The position numbers and the translations under genes were made by a program. Shown piece by piece: positions 1 to 12,000 of a stretch of 20,000 nt of DNA; the first letter of the stretch is position 1; every line of letters starts with the position of its first letter. The stretch spans positions 162,331 through 182,330 of the forward strand of contig NW_008246153.1 of assembly GCF_000281045.1 (NCBI RefSeq), in the 5' to 3' direction. The stretch comes from Saprolegnia diclina VS20 (Eukaryota). The notes beneath the pieces are model-generated. The model worked only from the letters and a program-made list of their open reading frames with translations, was not told the DNA's origin and did no database searches.

Positions 1-2
1 TC

Positions 3-3000
3 TACACGTGCGAGCAGTATTCGGACCCGACGGTCACGACCGGTGCGTTCCCGGGTGTCAGCGCCGCTTGCCAACCGACGGCGCCGGCGCTCTGCGCGAC
101 GTGTGCTACGGCGTTTGACGGCACCACGATTTCGGTCAACGTCGATTTGACGGCAGTGGTGGCCGTGGGGGCCGTGCTTCAGATTGGTCCGTGCGTCTTT
201 GGCATCTCGGCGCGGACGGCCACGACGCTAACGGTCGACACGAACAACGTCGGGCGCTATTGCTCGACGTTTTCATCCGCGACGCTCGCCGTATATGCCG
301 CCAAAGTGCTCTCGCCCATCTCAAACCTCGTCATGCGGCAAGGCGCCGGCGGGACGCAGTACCCCGAGGTCAACACGGTCGTGGCGACGCAGTTTCTCAA
401 CAGCCTCGGCAAAGCCGTGTCCGTGGTCGCAACGCCGGTCGTGTCCCTCGCCTTTGTCGGCACGTCGTATGCGATTAGCTTTGTCAGCAACACAGGCACG
501 ATCCCGCTCCTCACGTGCGACGCCACCAACATCGTCGTCACGAGCGGCACAAAGACGTGCTCGGTGACACGGACGTCGATCGGCAGCATGATGTATGGCA
601 CCTTTACGCTGTCGCTGACGCGGGCGTCCGACGGCGTTCTCTTTACAACGCCGGCGATTCCGTTTGATGCAACACCGGCCGCGCTGACGCAGCTGCTGCA
701 AGGCGTTGGCGCCGTCGCCGAGTGGGTCTGGGGCACAGTCAGCGTCACGCGCAGCATGTACCCACCGGCGCCGACGCGCTGGTCGGGCGGCTACGCGTGG
801 ACGATCACGTTCTTGTCGCGCGGCTGGAACGTCCCCAAGATGACGTTCACAAGCAGTCTCGGCAATGCGATTGGGGCCACTCCGGCGCCCGTTGTTGTGA
901 TCGAAGACGCAACGAGTCTGCTCACGCCGTCGCTCGGAAGTGTCGACGGCAACCAAATCAGCGGGTCGTTCAAGCTCTCGTACAACGGTGTCGTGACCGC
1001 CGCCGCGTGCGTCCTTGGCACCAACACGGACGCCGGCGACATTCTCGTGGGGCCCACGGTCCGAGATACGGCGTTCGAGACATATCTCAAGGCGCAGTTT
1101 GGATGGACCAGTGTAAGTGTCTACCGGTCGCTTCCGACGCGAGCCTTGGGCTTTACGTGGTCGATCACGTACACGGACGCCAACACGGGGGGCAACGTGC
1201 CGCTGATTCAAGTCGTGTCCCCGAATTTCGTCGGCACCGGCGTCAGCATCACGACCAACGAGGTGGTTCCTGGCAACCAGCTCAGTGGCACGTTTCAGTT
1301 GACCTTCAACGGACAAACCACGGGCCCGATCGCGTACGATGCTAGTATCCAAGACGTAGCGACGCAGCTCAACAACCTCAACTCGATCCAGCCCTCGCAG
1401 GTGACTGTCTCGCGCATTGGGCCGTTCGGACCGACATCCGGTGTCCTCAATGCCGTCACGCAAGTGCGCGGGTACCAGTGGTCCATCACGTTTACGTCGT
1501 CAACGTGGAAAGACCCAACCGCCGACCACGCAGTGTACACGCCTGGCAACTGGTGGGGGCCTCCGGCTGCGTGGACCGACGTGTGGGAGACGGGGTACTC
1601 GAAAGCGTGGGGCCGCCACGTGGGGCCGCTCACCGCCATGGGGCTACAGCTGTCGTGCTTGGCGCAAGGACTCACCGACACGGCCAACGACGGCTCTCCA
1701 ACTTGCGTCGTCGGCACGTCCCAGCCCGGCGTTGGCCCGCTCAAAGGCACCTTCACACTGCAGCTCGACACAACGTCGAGCCTCTACATGTCCAAGAACG
1801 TGGTCGCAACCAGTGCACCCATCGCGCACAACGCGTGGGCGACGGCGGTGCAGAGCCAGAGCAGCGGACAGTCGATGCAAGAAACCTTGCAGGCCATGAC
1901 CAACGTCGGGACAGTCGCCGTCACGCGAAGCGCCGTGAACGTTCTGACCGGGGGGTATACGTGGACGATCACATTTTTGTACGACAAGGAGCCCTGCGCG
2001 CAGCACGACTCGGTCAACAACTTGTGCAACGCACCTGGGAACGTGCCACCGCTCACTGTCGCGACCAACAGCTTGGTGGCCTCGACGCCGGCGATCGCAA
2101 TCTGCGATCAGACGACCAACCCGTGCGGTGTGGCCGTCGATGGCGTCATCCTCCGGTCTAGTTTCAGTGTCTTCAAGGTGACGGGGGACCCGGGGGTCGA
2201 GAGTCGGTTTGCTCTCGCGGCCACGTGCCAGGGCGCGACACTTGGCTCGACGTGCGGGGCGATCGTCGGTGGCTTCGTCTTGACGACGGCGCAGCCCAAC
2301 TTGCCATCGACGCTGCTATCGGGCGACCAATTCTACCTCGCAGGCTACGCGTCGTGCGTCTTTTCAGTGGCCAGCGTCACGCCCATCTTTGTTGATGTCA
2401 TTGACCAGGTCTGCGTACCGATGGCCGGCGGTCTCACGGGCGGTCCATTCGCTCTCACTATGGTACTACCTTGGAATGCGCAAGAGAATGCTATCGCACG
2501 TGTCCTCCGCGCTGCGTCCGCGACGTCACTTGAGACGGGCATCTGGGCCAACGGCCGCGTCACCAGCGTCACACGGACGGTCATTGGACAGTACGGTGCC
2601 ATGTCGTGGCTCATTCGGTTCATCTCCAACCCTGGCAATTCACCGCCAGGCGCTGGGAACGTGGCGCCGCTGACCGTGTCGTTTCTAGCCGCGCCGACCT
2701 GTGTCTGTCAAGTGACCGTCGCCGAGACTCAGCCCGGATCGGTGCCCCTCGGTGGCTCGTTCACGATCGACTATCACTCGACGTTTGGACCTCGTGCGAT
2801 TTCCTACCTGGAGACCGCGGACCGCTTGGAGCGAAAGCTCAACGAAATGAACACGCTCGGGCGTGTCCGCGTCACGCAGTTTGCAATTCCGTCGGTGGGG
2901 CTCGGGTGTCTGACGACGGGGTGTGCGGGCGGTTGGGACGACGTTGCCGTCGCCAATGACGGCACGCGCGGCGGGTACCGGTGGCGTGTCGTGTTTCTGA

Positions 3001-6000
3001 AGAACCCCGGCGCATACAGCGGGTACACGTTTCCACCAGGCACGGGCAACATGAACGCTCTCACGGTCTCGTACCCGGCGCTCACGGGCGCCCAGTCGGC
3101 TGTCAACGTCATCACCGTGACCGAGGGCAATTTGCCGATCACGGGAGCGTTTGCGCTTTCCTACGACGGCGCCGACACGCCACCGATTCCGTACGCGGCG
3201 TCGGCGCCCATTCTCGAACAAGCAATCGAAGCACTGCCGTCGATGAGCTACGTTCCGACCACCAGCGACGTCTTGTCAATGTACCGCATTCCGCTCGCCA
3301 TTGCGACGATTGCGCAGGACAGCAATGTGGCGACCATCTCGGGTGTCGATATCACGCAGTATTTCGCACCCGGGGATTTGATTCGCTTTGGACCACCGCC
3401 GTCCGCTAACACGCTGGTCGGGTCCAATGGCGATGTCCCTGTGACGGGTGTCGTTGCGTCGTCGACTGTCACGGTGGCAAGGGCCTCGCCGAGTGTAGTG
3501 GCACCGACGTCGCTCTCAACGACGTTGTTTCCCGGCAACCAGGTGCGCCTCAGCGGCAGCATCTACACGGTGGCACGCACGGGTATTGAGATTCAGACGC
3601 TCACAGTGTCGCTGCCAACGGCGTCGTGGACACCGACGAATGTGGCAACGGTAAACTTTTATAAGCTCACGCTCGCCTACCAAGGCGCGTCGACGGCGTC
3701 CGCGTGCTTGCCGGTACAAACAGCGACGCTCGCTACGGTGCTCAATGGTCTCGTAACGACGATCGACCCGACGCGGTCGAACAGCTTGGTCACTGTCACG
3801 CAAAGCCCGGCGACAGTCGTCGGTGCCAACACGCAGATCGTCTACACGATCTACTTTGGCGGTGTCACCGTTCTTGGTGACGTGGCGCAGCTCACGGTGG
3901 ACACTGCTTCGTGCACAGCACTTGCTGGAGCAACAGCAACAGCAGCCACTGTGCTCAACGGAGGGCGCATGGCGCACCAGCGCGTTACTCTTTCGACCGA
4001 CTCGGGCTACGTCGTCGACCCCACAGGGTACTGTACCCATACGATCTTGTCGTGCTGATTGTTTGTGATGTAGATACTACCAGCTTTCGTTGGGCGGCGT
4101 TGCGACGACGTGTATCAAGTGGGGCGACACGAGTGCGGCGATTCAGGCCCAAGTCAACGCCGCGTGGCCCGATACCGTGCTCGTGTCGTCCTACGGCTCT
4201 GGAACGTCAACCACCGAGCTCCAGCAACTCGTGCTGGCGTCCAACGCCCCCGTCGTGAACGGCGCCAACGGGTACTTTCGCCTTGCGCTGACCAACAACG
4301 GCGCGACGGCAACGACGAGTTGTCTCAACTACGGTCTCTCGGCGGCCGCGCTCCAAACCGCGCTGAACGGACTGAGCAATGTCATGAGTGGCCACATCGT
4401 CGTGACAGCATCCGGCGACGGCACGGCGGCGTCGGGCTACGGGTTTCAGTACACGATTGCCTACAACGGCAACCTTCGCGTCGGTCTCAGCAACGTTCTC
4501 GGCAACATGGCACCGCTCGTCGTCTTCTCCATGGGCACCGGAGCGTGTTCGCCCGTGTCGTCGGGTCTGCCGTCGATTTATGTGCAGACGCTACGCGACG
4601 GAGCGCCAGCGTATGCTTACGATTTCTACTTTGTCGGAAGCTCATACAGCTACGTGGCCCCCATCGCCATCGTGAGCGAAGCCACGTGCACCAACGGGTG
4701 GTCGATCGTCGGCGGCAGCTCGCGGCGCATCGTAGCCAGCGTCGTCAACGGCGGCGGCAATTACGCGGTCCAACGCATCGTCGTTTCGGACGCAACGGCA
4801 CCGATTGCTGGCACCCCGAGCTTCAAGATCGGGTTCCTCGGCCAAACGACGGGTACGTGCGTGAACTACAACGCAGCCGCGTCCGCTGTCCAAACCGCTC
4901 TCAACGCACTCTCCACGATCGGCGCCAACGGCGTCGTAGTCAATTTGGACATCGACCCCGTCCTCGCACCCAACGGGTTTGTGTATTCAGTGACGTTTAC
5001 AGCGGCGGCGCTTGGTGGCACACTGCCGCTCCTTGTCGTCGACACTTCGAGCTGCACCGCTTTTGCTGGTACGTCGTCCGTGACGGTGGGTTCCGTGTAC
5101 GCGGGCGGCTCTGCGGACAACCGACTCGCGCTGTCGACGCCGTACGCCGGGGACGCTGTCGGCGCTGCCGTGCTCTACGGCGTATCGCAGACGTTTTCCG
5201 TGCTCAACGAACAATTTGCTGTGATTCAGATCGTCGTATCGAACCCCAACGGCAACATTGCGCTCAGCGCCACGTACGACTTGACGCTCGGTAGCACAAC
5301 GACGACCGTGTCGTGGAAAGCCACTGAAGTCCAACTGGAGGCGGCTTTTGCGACGCTAACGGGCACCGCGTCGGGCGTCACGGTGACGGTGCGCACCGAC
5401 CCCGTTTTGTCGCCGAATGGGTACCTTTACACCGTGTACTGCCTCGGACCGCTCGTCATGGGCAACATTGGCCCACCGACGAAAAGCAACCTCCAAAACT
5501 TTGGCACTGGCACCGTCACCGTCACCACGATACGCACCGGGTCCAGCACGAACATGCTCTCTGCGTCCAATGTGCCTCTGGCCACGGTCGCGTCGGCGGC
5601 GGTACCTGCAACCTACATTGGTAGTCGCGGCGTCAACTTGGCCGTGTACAAAGTGAACGGGTTCCAGTGGTCGCTGCGATTTGCCGAGATGATTGGCGAC
5701 GTTGCAGCACTTGGCGTCGACAGCACGGACGTCACGGGCGTCGTCACTGTATTTGACAACTTTGTCCAAGGGTCACCGTCCAACAAGTATACTGTGACCA
5801 GCCTGGAGCCAGGCAACGAGTACTACATGCGCGTTGCGGCAACGACGGCGATTGGCTCAAGTCCGTGGTCGACGTCGGCATCGATCATTCCCAGCGCTGT
5901 GCCACCGCCGCCCGTCAACGTTCAGACCGGCCTCGACCTGTTTGTGAGCGAAGTCCAGCGCGTCAAAACGGCCGCGCGTCACGTGCTCGAAGTGCAGTCG

Positions 6001-9000
6001 GTGACGACGTCGGCGGCCATGATCTCGGAGGTCCAGACGCTCACGGTCACGACCAACCCTTGCGGGTCGAGCACCTGCGTCGTCGGTAACATTGCGTTTC
6101 GACAACCGACGGTGCAAGTCATTGCGATCGCTGCCAGCGCCACGATCACGGCCGGGCAGTTCCAACTCGTCTACACGGACACACGCAGCGACAACAACAA
6201 CGGCGCCTTGACGTACCAGGCATACCCGACCGCGGCCATCAACTGGAATGCCCAAGCGAGCGACGTGGCCGCGGCGCTGGTGAACACGGGAGGCTTGGCC
6301 GCCACCGACATTGTCGTGACGCGCACCGGCGATGGAAGCGTGAGCTCCGACTTCGGCTACACATTTTCAGTAACCTTTGTGAGCCTCAACGTCGCGGGCC
6401 AAGTAGCGCCAATGCAGATTCTGGAAACCGCAGCGGCGTCGGTGGCGTGCACCGCGTTTGCAACTGTGGGCGGTGCCCCCTACTCGCTACGCCAGAGCCA
6501 AAACCTCGAGAGCGCGATGGGCACCAACACGGCTGTCCAGCGACTCGTCGTGCAGAGCGCCGCCGTGCTGTACACGGGCGGCTTTACGCTGTCGTTTACG
6601 TTTGCTGGCGGCACACGAACGACGACATGCCTGCCCTTCAACATTGCTGCGGTCGATCTCGAGGCGGCGCTCGAGCTCCTGTCCAACATCGATGCGGTGG
6701 TTGTTGTGCAGTCGTTGGACCCTGTGGTCGCGCCCAACGGTGCGATCTACGATATCTTCTTCCACGGCCACGGCCTGTCGCGGTACGTACCATTGCAGCC
6801 CGTGCCGGCGCTCGTCGTGGCCACGGGGTGTACACCGTTCCAGACGCTCGTCAACAATGTGCTGACGGCCACGACAGCCAGCGTCGCGGTCACGTATACG
6901 CATCCCAACGGGTTTGCGAGCGGGTTCTTTGCCGCGGCGACGGCTTCGGCGAGTGTGCTTCAAGCCGACATTGCGCGTCTCCCGATCGGCGGCCCGAGCG
7001 TGTACGCCTCGGCGTCCCTCCCTGACGACCAGGGTGGTACTCAATGGACGATCGTGTTCGATCAAGTCAGCGGCAACGTTCCGCAGTGGATCTGTTCGGC
7101 CGATGCCACCTTTAGCGCCGTGAGTGGGGCCACCTGCGCCAGCGCCACGATCGTCGACGGCAATGTGCTGGGCGGCAGCTTCCTCCTCGGCGCGTCCGAC
7201 CCGATCCCGTTCGATGCGGACGAAGTGACCATGACGTCCATTCTGCAGCAGCAGTCGTGGGTCGGGGCTGTCCTCGTGACACGGACAGGACCCGACGGAC
7301 AACGTGGGTACACGTGGTCGATCTCGTTCTTGACGTACCAAGGCAACGCGCCGCTGCTGACGCCGACCAACTTGCTCTCGGGCATTGGCAACGACATTGT
7401 CGTGACCGAGATAGTCGCTGGCAACCAGATGGGCGGCACGTTTACGCTCACGTTTCTCGGGGCAACGACGCCGCCGATTGCGTGGAATGCCCCCGCGTCC
7501 ACCGCGCAGTCGCTTGGCGACGGCTCGTCGCTCCAAGAAAAGCTGCAGACGCTCGCGACGATCGGCGCGCTCGCCGTCACGCGCACCGGCCCGGACTTTG
7601 AGGGCGGGTACGAGTGGTACGTCACGTTTGTCGACAACGTGGTGACGGGCGGCAGTCTTCCGCTGCTCCAAGCCAACTCGGCGGCGCTCACTGGGACAAA
7701 CACGCTCGTCGACGTCCGGCGACTCGTTCTCGGGTCCCTGGGCTCAGGCACGCGGCTAGGAATTTCGTTCGACCCGCCATCGACCGACAATGGATCGCCC
7801 ATCACGAGCTACACGGTCAACTGGGACACGGCCAATACGTTTGCGGCAACGCCCATGGCGCTGAGTCTCACGGACCCCGCGCTCTTGACGGCGCGGCAGT
7901 ACGTGACAACGGGGGCGTCGAGCCTCAGCTGGTCGGGCACGCTGTCACCACCAACCACGACGACGCAGAGCATCGCCGTCGGCGCTGTCTGCACGAGCTT
8001 CACGCTCTCGTTCATGGGCGCAGCTACCGGCACGATTTTGGTCGGGGCGACGCCGCTGGCGACCGTGCAGAGCATGTTGAATGGCCTTGCGACGATCAAC
8101 GGCATCGTCAGCGTGACACCGACCACTGGTTTCGTTGCGCTCAGTACGTCGTTTGCAATTGTGTTTTCGGGGCAGTTTGGGCCGCAGCCGGTTCTCGTAT
8201 CGTCGGCCGGTTGCGCCGTGCCGTCGATCGTTGCCGCTGGGAGCACGAGCTACCGGAAGGAGGTCCTGGCGTTCCAGTGTACCGGCACGGCGGGCGCGGT
8301 CGCCATCACCGCCAAGAGCATCACGACCACGTTTCCTTTCAATGCGCTCTTGGGGGACGTGGCGAGCGGACTCGCGACGGCGCTAAGTGCTCCGACGGGG
8401 GGAGTCACGGTGACGGCGCCGTCGCAGCTTTTACTGTGCGCGTCGGCTACGCCCAACGTTGTGACGATGACGTTTCACTACGTCTATGGCGCGCTCGGGA
8501 GCACAGCTGCGGACAGCGGCACCGGTGGTACAACAATTACGCTGGCGCCGACGAGCCGGGCGGGCATCTACGTACGTCCTACGAATGCACTCAGCGGGAC
8601 GTTCCAGCTGACCTTCAACGGCGCCACGACGCCGCCGCTGAACGCACAGTCGGCCGCGATCGACGTCCGCGTCGCGCTCGAGAGTCTTCCAGCGATTCGG
8701 ACGGCGTCGGTTGCGCAATCGTACGCAACAACTGCGCTGGTTGGCACGGTCGACGTCGTGCAAGGTCAGTTGTACGTGACGTGTGCATCTGGCCAAGTAT
8801 GCAACTTTGCGTCGTTTGCCTACGGCGTGCCGGGCGTCCCGATTCAAATTGGCGGCACTTGGTACACAGTTCTTAGTGACACGTCATCGGCGTCGCTGCC
8901 GTCGAGTGCGCTGTACCTCGGCGATACCAACGGCAGCCCGAAGGCGTTTGCAGGCGTCTCATCGCTCGGTGTGCCGGTCTATCAGTGGACCAAAGGGTAC

Positions 9001-12000
9001 CAATACATTGTCGACTTGCTCTCAGTCTCGACGCCGGGCATGCTGCGTGCGAGCAATCTGCAGCTCAAGCCAAGTGACGCGACAGTCGTGACGCGCGGTG
9101 CGTCGTGCAAGCGCTGCGTCTACGTATCGCCGTCGACACCCGGGCTGACACCCGGCACGCCGTACTTCCTGACTGTCAACGCCGTCAACGTCAACGGCGC
9201 CAGCGTCGCGTCGACGGTCGCCACGGCGACGCCGCGGCAAGTGCCCAACGCCCCGAACGCGCTCAACATCGTCGTCATCTCAGGCACGCAAGCAGTTGTC
9301 TACTTCAGTCCGCCGGCGCCGCCCGCCACCAGCGCGATCAACTACAACAGCGACATTACGTCGTACCTTGTGCAGTGGGACACGCAAACGAGCTTCCTGC
9401 ACGGACGACCGGCGTGCACCGGGTGTGCCACGGCTTTTAGCGCGACGTCGCTCAGCATCTCGGTGGACTTGACTTCTGTTCTCGTCGTCACCAATCAGAT
9501 CACGCTCGGTGCCATGCAGTGCGTGCTCACGATTACAGCCATGTCGCCAACGACGATCACAGTGGCAGCCAACGCATGCCCGTCGTTTCTCGCGCAAGCG
9601 TACGACGTCGTGTTCTACCGGATTCCGCCGGCGACGGTGTCGGGCGTCGCGATCCAGGGCACGCCGCCGTACCAGTACCTCATCCAAGGCCTCACGCCGG
9701 CGGTGACGTACTACGTCCGCCTTGCTGCTGTCAACTCGGTGCCATTCATGCGTGTGGCGGTCTCGGGCACCCCACCAAATAACTGTCAATGGTCATTCCC
9801 GATTGCGATCACACCGACGAATGTGCTTCCAGACCCGGTGCTCTCGGCCGTCTTGTACGTGCAGTCGCCCACGTCGCTCGAGCTCCAGATTCACCCGTCC
9901 GCGCGCGATGGCCAGGGGCTCAACGGCGCCGCCGTCACGTTTTATTCGGTCGACGTCGACACGGTGTCGACCTTCACCTCGGCCGGGCGTCTCTTCCCCG
10001 TCGACGTCCCTGCGGCAAGTTTTGTGTCCTTGTACGCGGGCGGGCCGCTCACGTATTCGATCACGGGGCTTGTCACTGGCACGCAGTATTTTGTGCAAGT
10101 CCGCGCCAAGACGAGCGTCGGTTCCAGTCTCGCGACGATTGCGACCAACACGTTGGCGCCGTCCGGACCTCCGTCGGCGCCGACCAGTGTGCGCATCAGT
10201 ACGCCCATGAAGCAACCGAACGCGCCGATCACGCAGGCCACGGTCGTGTGGGCGCCGCCGACCACGTCCAACGGACGACCGCTGAGCTACTTCAACGTCG
10301 AGTGGTGGACGACGGCGTCTCGCGCCGAAGTGCAAGTGGTGCAACTGCAATGGACAAATGCGCCGACTGCGCTGACCTTTACGTTGGCGTTTGGTGGCTC
10401 GCTCACCGGTAGCTTGGCCATGGACTGTGCGCCCGAGAACGTCCGCAGCGCGCTCATGAACCTCGGGGGCGGCACGACGCCCGGCGCGCCGCTCATCGGA
10501 AACGTCGAGGTCACGCGCAGTGCGATCAATGTCAACCAAGGGTACCAGTGGAGCGTGACATTTGCAACGGCGCTGTGCAACCAGCCGCTGCTGCAGATCG
10601 CGATCGTCTCGTCCACGGGTGGTAGCGGGATCCAAGCAAGTACATTTGAAGCGGTGGCCGGTGTCGTCGGTGGTACGACCAGTACCCCCGGCACGCCCGA
10701 AGTCCAAGTGCTCACGATAACCAACGCGAACGCTGCACTGACAACATCTGGGTTTTTCCGACTGGCGTTCCAAGGGTCGTCGTGGTCCAACTACCTCCCA
10801 GCGTCAGCGCCGGCGTCGCTCGTGCAAAACGTGCTCCAGCAGCTCGCGACGATCGGCCAAGTGTCGGTGGCGACGATCACCAACGGAGCGTTTCCAGCCA
10901 ACATGGTAGCGTACGCAATCACATTTGCGTCGTTCGTCGGCAACGCCCCGGCGCTGGCCGTCGACAGCAGCAACCTTTTGCCAACCTCCTCCGTCGCAAC
11001 GGTGTACGACGGCAACAACGTCGTGCTCAACACGGGCGCATGGTGCCTGCCCGCCGACACCGTCTGTGCGGCCATCTACACGTACGTGCGCATCGGCGAA
11101 GTCGCCATCGGCTACGGATCCTACGCCACGACGGCCGCCAACGTCCTCACGTACATGATTCCGAATCTCACGACCGGGACGGCGTACTACGCGTCGGTCA
11201 CGGCGCGCAACACGCTCTCGTTTGGCCCTCGCGCGGCAAGCTACCCGGTCGTAATCACACCGCCGCTGCAGGTACCGTCGCCGCCCACCGCCGTCTCGGT
11301 GAGCGTCCAGCCTGGCTCGTCGACGCAACTGCTGGCGACATATTCGGCGCCAATCAGCCACGGCGGGTCGCCCGTCTTGAAATACCTCGTCGAGTACGAC
11401 ACGTCGCCGGCATTTTCGAGCGCGGGAAGCCGAAGCGTGTGGTGTGCGGTCGCCAACGTGAATGCAGTCTGGCGGGTCACATCGAGCCGCGTCAACGTCG
11501 CGCAGACGTCGCCGATTGGTGCCGGGTGGTTCCAGCTCAAGCTCACGCGCGCCAACGCCGTGTGGACGACCGACCCGATTCCGTTCAACGCCGTCGCGCT
11601 TGGGGCGGCAGAGCTCGGCGCGCAGCCCGCGTTCTCGCTGCTCTACTGCACTGCGTGCGCTACGTGCACCGACACGTGCAACGTGGCGCGGCAACAGACG
11701 TCGGGGTCGCTTCAGCGCAAACTGCAAGGCCTCGCTTCGATCGCGAACGGCGTGACCGTGTCTCGGACGCCCGTGGCCGCAGCCGACGGCGGTACGTTGC
11801 AGAGTGAGTAGGGACATCTACTCATGCGTTTGGTGTAGGATATGTGTGGTCGATCACGTTTCTGGACGCCGGCGACGACTTCACCCTTGAAGCCGTCGCG
11901 TCGTCGTCGAGTCTCAACTGCGCTGGCAGCACGTGTGCGTCGACCGACTACCAAGTGGCTGCGGTCAAGGTCACTGCGGGTGTCCTCTACCCGCCGTGCA

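Larger units (their letters stand above)
594..11880 (+). repeat. About 20-24 diverged copies of a ~100-aa protein module (protein-level repeat)
   Basis: Examples: NQLSGTFQLTFNGQTTGPIAYDA (~1275), SFKIGFLGQTTGTCVNYNAAASAVQTALNALSTIG (~4820), NQMGGTFTLTFLGATTPPIAWNA (7423), LSGTFQLTFNGATTPPLNA (8590). Most copies close with GYxW(S/T)ITF...G(N/D)VPxL. Confidence 0.85.
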
